Assembly: GCA_039028615.1 (NCBI GenBank)
Contig: JBCCHT010000003.1
Span: 416,001 to 480,000, forward strand
DNA from: Myxococcota bacterium
Lineage (GTDB): Bacteria; Myxococcota_A; Polyangia; Nannocystales; Nannocystaceae
DNA: 64,000 bases
Direction: 5' to 3'
Every line of letters starts with the position of its first letter. The first letter of the stretch is position 1. The notes beneath the pieces are model-generated. The model was given only the letters and a program-made list of their open reading frames with translations, was not told where the DNA came from and ran no database searches. Shown here one piece after another: positions 18,013 through 27,090 of the stretch. Both the position numbers and the translations under genes were made by a program.

Positions 18013-18870
18013 TCACGAGCGAGGCTTGCTGCACAGCACGACCTGCGACTGCACGGCGGGTCCCAGCGAGACGCCCTCGAAGTCCCCGGTGTGGTCGAGC
18101 AGGTGCAGGCCGGCCGCGTGCACGAGCAGGCCGATTTCCTGCGGGAAGATCTGGCGGTGCGCCAGGTGCACGAGCTTGCGGGGCTTTTCCGGGGGCACGA
18201 AGCGGCGGCCCTTGGGCGGAGCGTCGTCGTAGTAGAGGCGAATGTGGCAGATCTGGGTCCGCGTGTCGTAGCGGTGGTTGGTGGAGTACACCAGCGTCTC
18301 GCCCGTGCTCGGGTGCTCGAAGCGGGTCACCGCGTGGCGCTTGTCCGGGTCCCAGCGCAGCCACTCCAGATCGGGCAGCTCCACGTCGAACGCGAACACA
18401 CCCCCGGGCACCAGCACTCGCGCGACCTCCTGGAAGCAGCGCAGCAGGTCTTCCCACGTGTACAGGTGCATCAGCGCGTTGAAGGGCGAGATGACGAGCT
18501 GACTCGACGCGTCGGGCAGCGGCAGCTCCCGCATGTCGCCTTCGACCACTTGCACCTGCTCGCTCAGCGAGTCCTCGGCCAGCCGCCGCTGCAGCATGGC
18601 CAGCATGGTGTCCTTGCGGTCGACGGCGATGACCCGGTGCCCGTCTACGGCCAGGGGACGGGTGATCCGCCCCGAGCCCGCGCCCAGCTCCACGATGGGC
18701 AGGCTCGGCTCGCGCTCATTGGCCAGCTGCCGGTACCAGTCGACGTCGTGCTCGCGATCCTCGTACTCGCTGTCGTACAGCTCGACGTCTTCGTAGTGAT
18801 CGTCGGTGCCGGCCTCGAGCAGACGCAGCCGCTCCGCCTCGCGTCGCGTGTTCCGTTGGCGCCGTGCCAC
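18013..18870 (-). CDS. Class I SAM-dependent methyltransferase
   Basis: IVELGAGSGRI, IAVDR, EGDMREL, SPFNALMHL, LVPGGVFAFD. Confidence 0.92.
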   Translation of the reverse strand: MARRQRNTRREAERLRLLEAGTDDHYEDVELYDSEYEDREHDVDWYRQLANEREPSLPIVELGAGSGRITRPLAVDGHRVIAVDRKDTMLAMLQRRLAEDSLSEQVQVVEGDMRELPLPDASSQLVISPFNALMHLYTWEDLLRCFQEVARVLVPGGVFAFDVELPDLEWLRWDPDKRHAVTRFEHPSTGETLVYSTNHRYDTRTQICHIRLYYDDAPPKGRRFVPPEKPRKLVHLAHRQIFPQEIGLLVHAAGLHLLDHTGDFEGVSLGPAVQSQVVLCSKPRS

Positions 18871-18894
18871 CCGTCGCTCCCGAGGCCCTCGATC

Positions 18895-20256
18895 CTATCC
18901 GTCGCGGGGTGGGGATGCCGAGCGCTCGCCCGCGGGCTTCTTGCGACGTCCGCCTCGACGTCGTCGCGTCCGCTTGCGACCGCCCTCACCTTGATCGCGG
19001 GCCTTGGCGGCCTGCTCTTGTTGGGCCTGGGCCAGCGCCGTCCATCGCGACAGCTCGCTGGTGTCTCCGCCCGAGGCCTCCACCGAGATGCCCAAGAAGA
19101 TCAGTGCATCGTGGAAGTACTGCCGCTGGCCGATGGCGCTGCGACGGCGTCGTCGCGGTCGCGTATCGGTCATGCGGTGGTGGGCCATGAGGATTTGTCG
19201 GGCCAGCTCGCGGTCGCGTCGGGCAACCCCGAAGGCGGAGCCGACGGGGGTCATCGCGTCTTCGATGGCGCGATCGAGAGCCTGGCGGTTGCCATCGCGC
19301 ATCTGCTCGAACAGCAGTGGTGCAAACAAGACCGCCTGCAGCACGCCGTTGACCACCTCGGCCCGGGTCACCCGGATGTAGTCGTCGAGCGCGTCGAGGT
19401 GACGCCACAACAGGGCGCCGGGCCGGGTGTCGCGGGGCGGCGCCTCTTCGCCCTCTTCGGCCTCCTGGGGCACGAGCCCGGCCGTCAGTGCGGAGAGTCC
19501 CTCGTCGTGGGCACCGTACTGAGCCGTGTACATCGGCATGATCCGGTGCAGCAGCCCGGCCTCGAGCAGCAACTCGAAGCAGCGCCGTGACGCGCCGCTG
19601 CGCAGCAATTTGTAGATTTCCTCCAGCAACCGAGCCCGGCTGCTGCGGGTGATGTCGGGCGCGACGTCGAGCAGTGCCTTCCAGGTGGCGTCCTCGATAC
19701 GGAAGTCGAGCCGAGCGGCGAACTTGATGGCCCGGATCATGCGCACCGGGTCCTCGCGGAAGCGCAGCTCCGGGTCGCCGATCGTGCGCACGACGGCCCG
19801 GTCGAGGTCGTCCATGCCGTCGACGAAGTCGACGATCTTGCGCGTCTCGATGTCGTAGAACAGGCCGTTGATCGTGAAATCTCGCCGTCGAGCGTCATCC
19901 TCGACGCTGCCCCACTCGTTGTCGTGGGTGATCAGCGGATCGTCGGCGTCCTGCTCGGGCGCGGTGCGGAACGTGCTGGTCTCGATGATCTTCGAGCCGA
20001 AGAACACGTGGGCGAGCTTGAAGCGGCGACCGATGACCCGACTGTTCCGAAACAGCTTGCGGATGAGTTCTGGAGTCGCGCTGGTGGCGACGTCGAAGTC
20101 TTTGGGCCGGTGACCGAGATACAAATCGCGAACGCAGCCACCCACCAGGTAGGCCTCGTGCTCGGCGGTCAGCAGCCTACGGACCACCTTCATCGCATCG
20201 GGGTCGATGTGCCCGAAGATCTGATCCGTGCCGGTCGATGGCTTGTCGTCGCTCAT
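18895..20256 (-). CDS. pcnB: Poly(A) polymerase I
   Basis: AYLVGGCVRD, PKDFDVAT, PAP-specific signature VIGRRFKLAHV, DARRRDFTINGL, EDPVRMIRA, Arg-rich C-terminal tail. Confidence 0.9.
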   Translation of the reverse strand: MSDDKPSTGTDQIFGHIDPDAMKVVRRLLTAEHEAYLVGGCVRDLYLGHRPKDFDVATSATPELIRKLFRNSRVIGRRFKLAHVFFGSKIIETSTFRTAPEQDADDPLITHDNEWGSVEDDARRRDFTINGLFYDIETRKIVDFVDGMDDLDRAVVRTIGDPELRFREDPVRMIRAIKFAARLDFRIEDATWKALLDVAPDITRSSRARLLEEIYKLLRSGASRRCFELLLEAGLLHRIMPMYTAQYGAHDEGLSALTAGLVPQEAEEGEEAPPRDTRPGALLWRHLDALDDYIRVTRAEVVNGVLQAVLFAPLLFEQMRDGNRQALDRAIEDAMTPVGSAFGVARRDRELARQILMAHHRMTDTRPRRRRRSAIGQRQYFHDALIFLGISVEASGGDTSELSRWTALAQAQQEQAAKARDQGEGGRKRTRRRRGGRRKKPAGERSASPPRDG

Positions 20257-20410
20257 GCGCGCGCTGGCCCCTGTACCATAGATGGCCACCAGACTCGAAA
20301 GTACCGTGATTTCAAGCGGGTAAGCCGAGCTTTGTCGTACGGATCCGCGCACCGCACACGAACCTTGATCTCGAGGCCTGGGATGCTATTCATATGTACA
20401 GGTAATTTCG

Positions 20411-21268
20411 ATGAGCACTGGGTTCCGCTGCATTCACGCATTCGACGCCTGTCATGGGCTGGCGGTGGTGATCGCGCGGGGTACGTCCCAGGCGCCTCAG
20501 GTCGACGAAGACGTGGGTTTGGCCCTCGGGGCCTGCCTCGGCGAGCGTGAAGCCCGCGGCCAACCCGCCCACACCGTCATCCTGCGGCTCACCGAGCGCG
20601 ACGATGCCGCGTGGGCCCGTCCGGCCGTCGAGTGGCTGGCCGAGCGAGGGCGTCGGGTCCTCGTGCGCAGCTCCGTCGTGCTCGGGCGTGATCTCATCCA
20701 GTCGATCCGTCGCTGGGGCGTCACCGTCGTGCTCGAGCTGGCGCATCCCCGGGCCTCGCACCAGCGCGCGCTGGTCGGCCCCACCGCCGAGACGGCCTCC
20801 GCCTTGTTGCTGCACGCCCAGCACCTGCGCAGCCTCGACATCGAGGTCGCGGCGCACCTGGGTCCGCTGCTGCCCGTCGTGCACGATCACGAGGGTGAGC
20901 TGCAGGCGCTGGCCCGGCACATCGCCGCCGCCGACATCCGCGACGTGCACCTGTCCGCCGGGCGGCTGACGCCCGCACGGGGTCGCAGCTTGGTCAAGGT
21001 CATGGAGCACGGGCGGTCGAGCGCGTTGCTGCTCGCCTTCGGGCGAGATCCCCGGCCCGACGATCCCTGGTCCGAGCTGCCGCCCAAGGGGGCGAGGCTC
21101 GCTCCGCTCGCGGCGGCCACCCTTCGGCACGGCGTGCGGCGCATGGTCGAGCACGCTGGGCTGCGGGTCGATCACTGCGGCTGTCCGGCGCAGTGCCACC
21201 TCGACCCCGAGCTCACGCCGAACTTCGTGCCGCTGCTCACCTCCGATTTGTTCGAGCACACCGCCTGA
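20411..21268 (+). CDS. Degenerate spore-photoproduct-lyase/PA0069-like radical SAM homologue lacking CxxxCxxC
   Basis: Downstream pattern RSSVVLGRDL...RALVGPTA...L..AQHLRSLDIEV..HLGPLLPVVHD.EGELQAL...AAA......RL resembles the SPL/PA0069 family; the N-terminus has only CIHAFDACHG. Confidence 0.55.
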   Translation: MSTGFRCIHAFDACHGLAVVIARGTSQAPQVDEDVGLALGACLGEREARGQPAHTVILRLTERDDAAWARPAVEWLAERGRRVLVRSSVVLGRDLIQSIRRWGVTVVLELAHPRASHQRALVGPTAETASALLLHAQHLRSLDIEVAAHLGPLLPVVHDHEGELQALARHIAAADIRDVHLSAGRLTPARGRSLVKVMEHGRSSALLLAFGRDPRPDDPWSELPPKGARLAPLAAATLRHGVRRMVEHAGLRVDHCGCPAQCHLDPELTPNFVPLLTSDLFEHTA

Positions 21269-21275
21269 GCGGGGC

Positions 21276-23858
21276 TCACTCGGTCGGTGCCGCGGGGCGC
21301 TCGAGCCAGATCAGCGGCTCGGTGACGCCCTCGAACGCCGCGTGATCCTTGCGCCCGTCGTGGCCGAGGTAGTCCACGGTGTAGTCGAAGCGCCGCGGGT
21401 CACCCTCGTGCAGGCCGACCTTCCACTCGAACGAGTCGTTCGTGGGCACGGGCCCGCCCTCGTGCAGGTTGATGGGTCCGCTCGTCTCGATGCGGCCGTC
21501 CGCGTGCGTATAGGTGATGTGCACCGTGGCCACCTTCACGTCGGCCGCGAAGTCGACCCCGAAGGGCTGGATGTACACCGACCACGATTGGGTGGGGGCC
21601 GCCGGTTGTTCGGGGGGGGTCGATGTCACCGTGTCGGTCGGCTCGGGGACGTGGAGCGTGGCGGTGTTGCCCGGCACCTCGAGCGTGGCCGTCGAGACCA
21701 CGCGCAGGGTCCAGGTCTGCCCCGCGGCCCGGCGCTCCTCGATCTTCTGCTCGGTCGCGGCGCGGTCGAGACCTTCGGCTAGCGGCTGCCCCTGCGCATC
21801 GAGCAGGTCGTAGGTCGAGTCGGGGCGCTCCGACAGCAGCGCGCGGATCGACGTGGTGAAGCTCGAGTTGGTGGTGCGCTGCGGGAGCCCGGTGAGGTCG
21901 GAGTACTCGCTCCTCCACTCGAGCACATAGGGCGCGTCGCGGGTGGGATCGAGGCTGAGGTCCCACAGGTCGGTGAGGGCCAGCGAGAGCTTCGATGTCC
22001 ACTCCTGGGTGCCACGCTCGAGACGCCCACTGGGAGGGTCGGCGGAGGTGGCCTCGAGCTCGACGTGTGTGGAATCGTACTCGGCCACGGCCGCGGCGTC
22101 GGCGGCCAGGTTGGTCGCCCGCACGGTCACGCGGCGGGTGGTCCGGCTCGAGGAGGCCTTGTGGTGAATGGCGGCGAGCCAGCCGTCCTCGGGCGCTTCG
22201 ACCTCGACCTCGCCGAGCTCGACATAGACCGCATTCCACTCGTTCGCACCGTCGACCGGGGCGACCTCGAACTCCACCGCTTGCTGGGGCTCGAGCCGAG
22301 AGGGCAGGGCGTCGACCGGCTTGCCGCTGCGCACGTTGGTGGGCACGCCCGCGTCCCCGACTTGATCGGCGAGATGGATGGTGACCGGGGACAACGTCAC
22401 GGCTCGGTCGATGCGGTTGCGCAGCACGAAGCGGCGGGGAACGCCTTCGGTCGCCTCCTCGGACGGCTCGACCGCGATCACGTCGTCGGCGTGCAGATGC
22501 TCGAGTCGCAGGGCGACCGGCACGCTGGCATCCATGCCTTCGTTGTCCTCGAGGATGTCCACGAACACCCGGCCGTGCGCCCCACCTCCGGCCGCCGAGA
22601 GCGTCTCCATGTTCGGGGCCCAGTGCTCGGACCCGAACGAGAACGCCAGGCCGAACGAGGCATCGAGCCCGACCGTCTTGTCCGTGGGCGACTCGGCGCC
22701 CTTGAGACCCACGTCGAGCTGGAGCGTGCCCGTGACGGCCGGCGACACCAGGATCGCGAAGTCCTCGTTCTCCTGCGCTTGAATGACCTGGCGCAGCGCC
22801 TCGCGTCGTTCGGAGTCGACATGGGGCGAGACGGACACGGTGATGTCCACCAGCGGATTGCCGGCCTCGTCTTCGTGCACATAGGGCTCGAGCGCCGGGC
22901 TCGCGCTCGCTTCGTCGAAGCTCATGCGGAAGTCGGTGGGCAGGTGCTCGTAGGTCGACTCGTAGCCCGTGAATCGGTAGTAGGTCACACGCCCCTCGCC
23001 GAGCTGGGCCAGCCGCCAGGTCGAGGGCCCGTCTTGCCAGAACGGATGATCGGCCAAGGGGTAGACCAGGGGCTTGCTCGCCGTCTGCGTGAACGAGTAG
23101 TGCGTCGGCTCGGCCGTCGAGGTCGAGGTCGAGGTCGAGTTGGTGGAAACCGTGGGCTGGATCCTCGAGGCGAGGTCGGACGTGGAGAGTTCTCGCAGGG
23201 AATCTCTCGTGCGCGACACCCGGAGGGCGTTGGTCGATGATGCCGCGCCGACCCGAGAATCGATGGTCGGGCGCGAGGTCCGGTCGGCGTCGCTGCGCTC
23301 GGTGTTCTCGGGCAGGTAGCGAGCTTCGTGCGTCCAGCGAAACTCGATCTGCGTGGAGGGGTCGTTCATGATCGCGCCCCGGATGAACTCCCGCTCCACG
23401 TCGTCGGGGAACTCGTACGAGAGCGTCAGCCGGTAGCGGCCGTCGTCTTCTCGGCGCCACCACACCGTCATCGTTCGCGTGCGGCCGGTCGACAGCGCCA
23501 GCCGGGCCTCGATTTCCTCGTCGGTGAGCGGCAGCGGCTCGCCCAGGCCCAGCGCCGGCTCGAAGTCCATCGTGACCGCCCCCTTGGTGAAGCGGGCGCT
23601 CGCTTCCGCCTGTTCGACCCAGTGAAGGATCGAGACCCAGCCCTTGCCGCTGGTGTCCGTGCTCGCCCCGTTGCTCTCCGCTTGGGGGCGCGTCCCTTCT
23701 TCGAAGATCGGCAGGTCGCTCTCGGCCAGCGTCTCGATCACCCGAGGCAGCGCGTCGGAGATGCGCCGAAACAGCTCCGGTTTCCGGCTCGCCGCCCGGG
23801 CCAACGACTCCAGAACTTCGGGGGGGATCCGTTCGAGAGTTCGGTCGTTGGCTGGCAC
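21276..23858 (-). CDS. Large hypothetical protein (860 aa), acidic, beta-rich, with a C-terminal beta-sandwich-like domain
   Basis: Long ORF with GC3-biased codons; GAAGGA upstream of the GTG; no signal peptide or motif recognised. Confidence 0.8.
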   Translation of the reverse strand: MPANDRTLERIPPEVLESLARAASRKPELFRRISDALPRVIETLAESDLPIFEEGTRPQAESNGASTDTSGKGWVSILHWVEQAEASARFTKGAVTMDFEPALGLGEPLPLTDEEIEARLALSTGRTRTMTVWWRREDDGRYRLTLSYEFPDDVEREFIRGAIMNDPSTQIEFRWTHEARYLPENTERSDADRTSRPTIDSRVGAASSTNALRVSRTRDSLRELSTSDLASRIQPTVSTNSTSTSTSTAEPTHYSFTQTASKPLVYPLADHPFWQDGPSTWRLAQLGEGRVTYYRFTGYESTYEHLPTDFRMSFDEASASPALEPYVHEDEAGNPLVDITVSVSPHVDSERREALRQVIQAQENEDFAILVSPAVTGTLQLDVGLKGAESPTDKTVGLDASFGLAFSFGSEHWAPNMETLSAAGGGAHGRVFVDILEDNEGMDASVPVALRLEHLHADDVIAVEPSEEATEGVPRRFVLRNRIDRAVTLSPVTIHLADQVGDAGVPTNVRSGKPVDALPSRLEPQQAVEFEVAPVDGANEWNAVYVELGEVEVEAPEDGWLAAIHHKASSSRTTRRVTVRATNLAADAAAVAEYDSTHVELEATSADPPSGRLERGTQEWTSKLSLALTDLWDLSLDPTRDAPYVLEWRSEYSDLTGLPQRTTNSSFTTSIRALLSERPDSTYDLLDAQGQPLAEGLDRAATEQKIEERRAAGQTWTLRVVSTATLEVPGNTATLHVPEPTDTVTSTPPEQPAAPTQSWSVYIQPFGVDFAADVKVATVHITYTHADGRIETSGPINLHEGGPVPTNDSFEWKVGLHEGDPRRFDYTVDYLGHDGRKDHAAFEGVTEPLIWLERPAAPTE

Positions 23859-24034
23859 GAACGAACCCTACCGTCCTTCGTCGTCGAGATGAATTCGGGT
23901 GTCCCTGGTCAGGACGTCGCGGGCGCTCCAACCGGCGCTGGCGTGCCGAATCGTCGCGTCCCCCTCGGTCGAGGGGTGGGCGGCATTGCGGTCGCTCCCC
24001 ATAGTGATCCGGTTTCGACAAGGAGTACGCCGAT

Positions 24035-25006
24035 ATGGCGAAAAACGTGAAGGCCCTCAACCAGGGCAATACCAATGGCTGTGGTTCGACCACCTTGGCC
24101 ATGATTCTCAACGCATTCGGAAAGACCACGAGTTCGGGTGCAGCCTTCGATCGCGCGGCGATCGACGAGCACATTCGCAAGGCCGACATCTTCACCTCAC
24201 CGCGGGGGATGAAGGCGCTGGCCGAGGATTTCGGGCTCGCGGCCAGGGCTGTCAACGGGGCCGACTTCGACCTCCTTCACGAGGTCACGAGCAAGAGCTA
24301 CGTCTGTCAGCTGCTGATCCTGAGCATCAAGGGCACACCGACACCCGCCGACCGCACGGGCAAGTACGTACACTTCGTCGTCGCCGATTGGGCCTGGCAG
24401 GGGCGGCGTGACGCGCTGAGCGGCAACCAGTTCCCCGACGAGCCCCACTCCACCTACGCCCCTTCGGACGTCGGACGCTGGGTGCGGATCAAGGACCCCG
24501 ACGGCGGTGTCGCCTACGTCATCCGCTACGAGGACTTGGTCGAGCGCTGCTGGTCCAACATCGGGTTTCAGCTGCTGCCCACCGGGATCGACAACTTCGC
24601 GATCATCTATGCCGACGGCGGCACGGACATCGAGCTGAACTCCTCGTACTGCACCTTCGACGCCAGCGCGACGCTGGTGACCATCGAGGCGAGCTCGGAC
24701 TTGGTCAACGCCTTGGTGCTCACGGCCGAGCTCGATCCCACCGGGGTGCCCAAGGTGATCACGGGAGCGTTGCGCACCATCCTCGGCGGCGCGGCCTACA
24801 TCACCAAGTACCCCGGCATGGTGCTGTCCGACGTCACCGCGGAGCAGGTGGAGACGGGGCTGCGCTTGCTCAAGGACGACCCGAACATCCTGGTGAAGGC
24901 CGGCGGCGGGCTGCTCTTCGTCGGCTCGGGCGTGCTGTGGCTCGCCGCGCAGCCCTTCAAGGTGGTGGGAGACGCCATCGGTTGGTTCGTGGGGCTATTC
25001 GACTGA
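24035..25006 (+). CDS. Peptidase C39-like (papain-fold) protein with hydrophobic C-terminal helices
   Basis: NQGNTNGCGSTTLAMILN (Q...C), YVHFVV (H), VRIKDP (D); AAGGAG RBS upstream. Confidence 0.75.
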   Translation: MAKNVKALNQGNTNGCGSTTLAMILNAFGKTTSSGAAFDRAAIDEHIRKADIFTSPRGMKALAEDFGLAARAVNGADFDLLHEVTSKSYVCQLLILSIKGTPTPADRTGKYVHFVVADWAWQGRRDALSGNQFPDEPHSTYAPSDVGRWVRIKDPDGGVAYVIRYEDLVERCWSNIGFQLLPTGIDNFAIIYADGGTDIELNSSYCTFDASATLVTIEASSDLVNALVLTAELDPTGVPKVITGALRTILGGAAYITKYPGMVLSDVTAEQVETGLRLLKDDPNILVKAGGGLLFVGSGVLWLAAQPFKVVGDAIGWFVGLFD

Positions 25007-25034
25007 GGCCTCCGTTCGGGCGATCCTCTCGCTC

Positions 25035-25457
25035 GTGAAGGTCTCGCCCAACGCCCCGTGCCCCTGTGGCCGCGACGCCAAGCTCAAGCGCTGCTGCGGC
25101 CCCTACATCGCGGGGCGGCCGGTACCGCATCCCGAGCTGCTGGTACGGGCGCGCTTCACCGCCTACGCGACGGGCAAGGTCCGCTTCATCATGGACACCA
25201 CCCACCCCGATGCGCCCCATCGGCCCGAGGACCAGGCGGCGTGGCGTACCGAGCTGCGCGATCATTGCCGCCAGGTTCGGTTCGAGCGCCTCACCATCCA
25301 TGAGAGCGAGGTGCACGAGGCGGAGGATCGAGCCGAGGTCTCGTTCACGGTGGAGATGAGTCGCGACGGCGAGCCGGTGGGATTCTTCGAGCGCAGCCGC
25401 TTCCTGCGGGACGGCAATCGTTGGCGCTACGTCAGCGGCGACCTCGAGTCGACCTGA
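25035..25457 (+). CDS. ychJ: YchJ family protein (SEC-C motif + NTF2-like domain)
   Basis: PCPCGRDAKLKRCCGP, LVRARFTAY, TTHP, ERSRF....WRYVSG. Confidence 0.88.
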   Translation: MKVSPNAPCPCGRDAKLKRCCGPYIAGRPVPHPELLVRARFTAYATGKVRFIMDTTHPDAPHRPEDQAAWRTELRDHCRQVRFERLTIHESEVHEAEDRAEVSFTVEMSRDGEPVGFFERSRFLRDGNRWRYVSGDLEST

Positions 25458-25516
25458 GCGCGCGCGGCCGACGATTGCCCTTGACGGGTGCGCGCCCCCG
25501 ATGCCCTGATGCCCGC

Positions 25517-26356
25517 ATGCCCGTACTCGATGGCTCGACGGTTCTGCTGACCGGTGCATCCTCCGGGATTGGTCTGGAGCTCGCTCGCCTGGTCGCGGCA
25601 CGGGCCTCGAGGCTCATCATCGTGGCGCGCCGACGCGACCGCCTCGAGACGCTTCGCGACGAGCTGGTGGCGGCGCATCCGAAGCTCGTGGTCGACGTCG
25701 AGACCTGCGACCTGTCCGATCTGGCCGCGACCGAGGCCCTCGCCGACGGTTTGCTCGCGCGCCTGGATGCGGTCGACGTGCTGATCAACAACGCGGGGCT
25801 CGGCGACATCCGGCTCTTCGAGGTCTCCGAGCACGCCAAGCTCCAGCGCATGATCGCGGTGAACATCGAGGCGGTCACCCTGCTCACGCACAAGCTCGTG
25901 CCGCCCATGGTCCAGCGCGGACGCGGCGGGGTGCTGTTCATCAGCTCGGGCTTCGGGCTCACCGTGATGCCGGGCGTGGCCGCCTACGCCGGGACCAAGC
26001 ACTACGTCTCCGCGTTCTCGGAGGCCTTGCGGATGGAGCTACGAGGCACGGGGGTGGTGGTGACGCAGGTCTGCCCGGGGCCGGTCGCGACCGAGTTCGA
26101 ATCGGTCGCGGGCAATCCCACGGGGCAGTCGGTCCCCAAGTTCATCGAGCTGTCGCCGGAAAAGTGCGCGGCGCTCTCTATCCGGGGCTTCGACCGTCGC
26201 CGCGCCACGGTGGTCCCCGGCTTCGTGATGTCCATCTTGATGTGGTTCGGCGTCTGGATGCCGCGCTGGTCGAGGCGGGCGATGTACTCCTGGATGGCCA
26301 CGTTCCTCCGCAACAAGCAGGGCCTCAAGGCGCTCGGGTCCGGCGACGCCGGGTAG
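25517..26356 (+). CDS. Short-chain dehydrogenase/reductase
   Basis: TGASSGIG, LINNAGLG, YAGTK, VCPGPVATEF. Confidence 0.93.
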   Translation: MPVLDGSTVLLTGASSGIGLELARLVAARASRLIIVARRRDRLETLRDELVAAHPKLVVDVETCDLSDLAATEALADGLLARLDAVDVLINNAGLGDIRLFEVSEHAKLQRMIAVNIEAVTLLTHKLVPPMVQRGRGGVLFISSGFGLTVMPGVAAYAGTKHYVSAFSEALRMELRGTGVVVTQVCPGPVATEFESVAGNPTGQSVPKFIELSPEKCAALSIRGFDRRRATVVPGFVMSILMWFGVWMPRWSRRAMYSWMATFLRNKQGLKALGSGDAG

Positions 26357-26363
26357 CGCAAAG

Positions 26364-26759
26364 TCAGTTCACCGGGCGGTCGCGGAGCGTTGCCGCGAGC
26401 CAGAACACCAGCACCCCGACCGAGTACGCCACCAGGTCGCTCCACAAAAAGCCGCGGCCGAGCACGAGTCGTCCGGGCAGGGTGGTGCGCAGCGCGTTGA
26501 GCCACTCGACGTCGATGCGCTGGCTGAACTCCACGGCGAAGCAGATGCCCACGCTCGTGATGGCGATCTTCGTGCGGTGGGCGGTGGGGACGACGAACCC
26601 GACGAGGCCGCAGATCATCATGGCCCACAGGCCGTCGCCCACCGACGGCGGGACGCCGGGGATGCGGCGCGACAGCAGGCCGACCGCGATGAGCAGCAGG
26701 ACGAGGCCGCCGTATCGCCACCGGGTCGTCCAGCGGGACGGGTCACGGTCTTCGGACAT
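26364..26759 (-). CDS. DUF2809 family membrane protein
   Basis: GLLSRR, GDGLWAMM, FAVEFSQ, LRTTLPGRLVLGRGFLWSDLVAY. Confidence 0.85.
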   Translation of the reverse strand: MSEDRDPSRWTTRWRYGGLVLLLIAVGLLSRRIPGVPPSVGDGLWAMMICGLVGFVVPTAHRTKIAITSVGICFAVEFSQRIDVEWLNALRTTLPGRLVLGRGFLWSDLVAYSVGVLVFWLAATLRDRPVN

Positions 26760-26944
26760 GCGTCGTTTTCACTCTACGTCTCGCGGGGCGAGCGGACGGA
26801 GCGAAGGGCACGAACGGTAGGGGAGTGAAACCGACTGGCCGGCTTTGGCGAGTCGGCGGCGAAGAGGCGCGATGCGATCGCGCGCGTCGGCGGGCGCGGG
26901 ATGTTCACGCGACCGCCGAGTCGAGCCGGAGCCAACGGGCGCGA

Positions 26945-27067
26945 TCAGGTGGCGCCGTCGGTCTCGTCGCTGTCGTCGATCTGCTCCTGGGTCTCGATGC
27001 AGGCCATCCCGCCGAGGGCGATCGAGAGGGCGACAAAAGCGAACAACGCGAAGAACTTACGAGTCAT
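26945..27067 (-). CDS. Very small putative lipoprotein (40 aa)
   Basis: MTRKFFALFAFVALSIALGGMAC-IETQEQIDDSDETDGAT: charged N-terminus, hydrophobic core, lipobox Cys, short acidic mature peptide. Confidence 0.6.
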   Translation of the reverse strand: MTRKFFALFAFVALSIALGGMACIETQEQIDDSDETDGAT

Positions 27068-27090
27068 GGCGTGAATCCAGGGAGAAAGCG

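Noticed and set aside
20380..20410. AT-rich stretch upstream of the radical-SAM-like gene as an SOS/LexA box
   Set aside because: I could not match it convincingly to a known LexA consensus; it is probably just a promoter.
23116..23139. (GTCGAG)4 simple repeat as a phase-variation tract
   Set aside because: The 6-bp unit preserves the frame and only encodes an STST linker.
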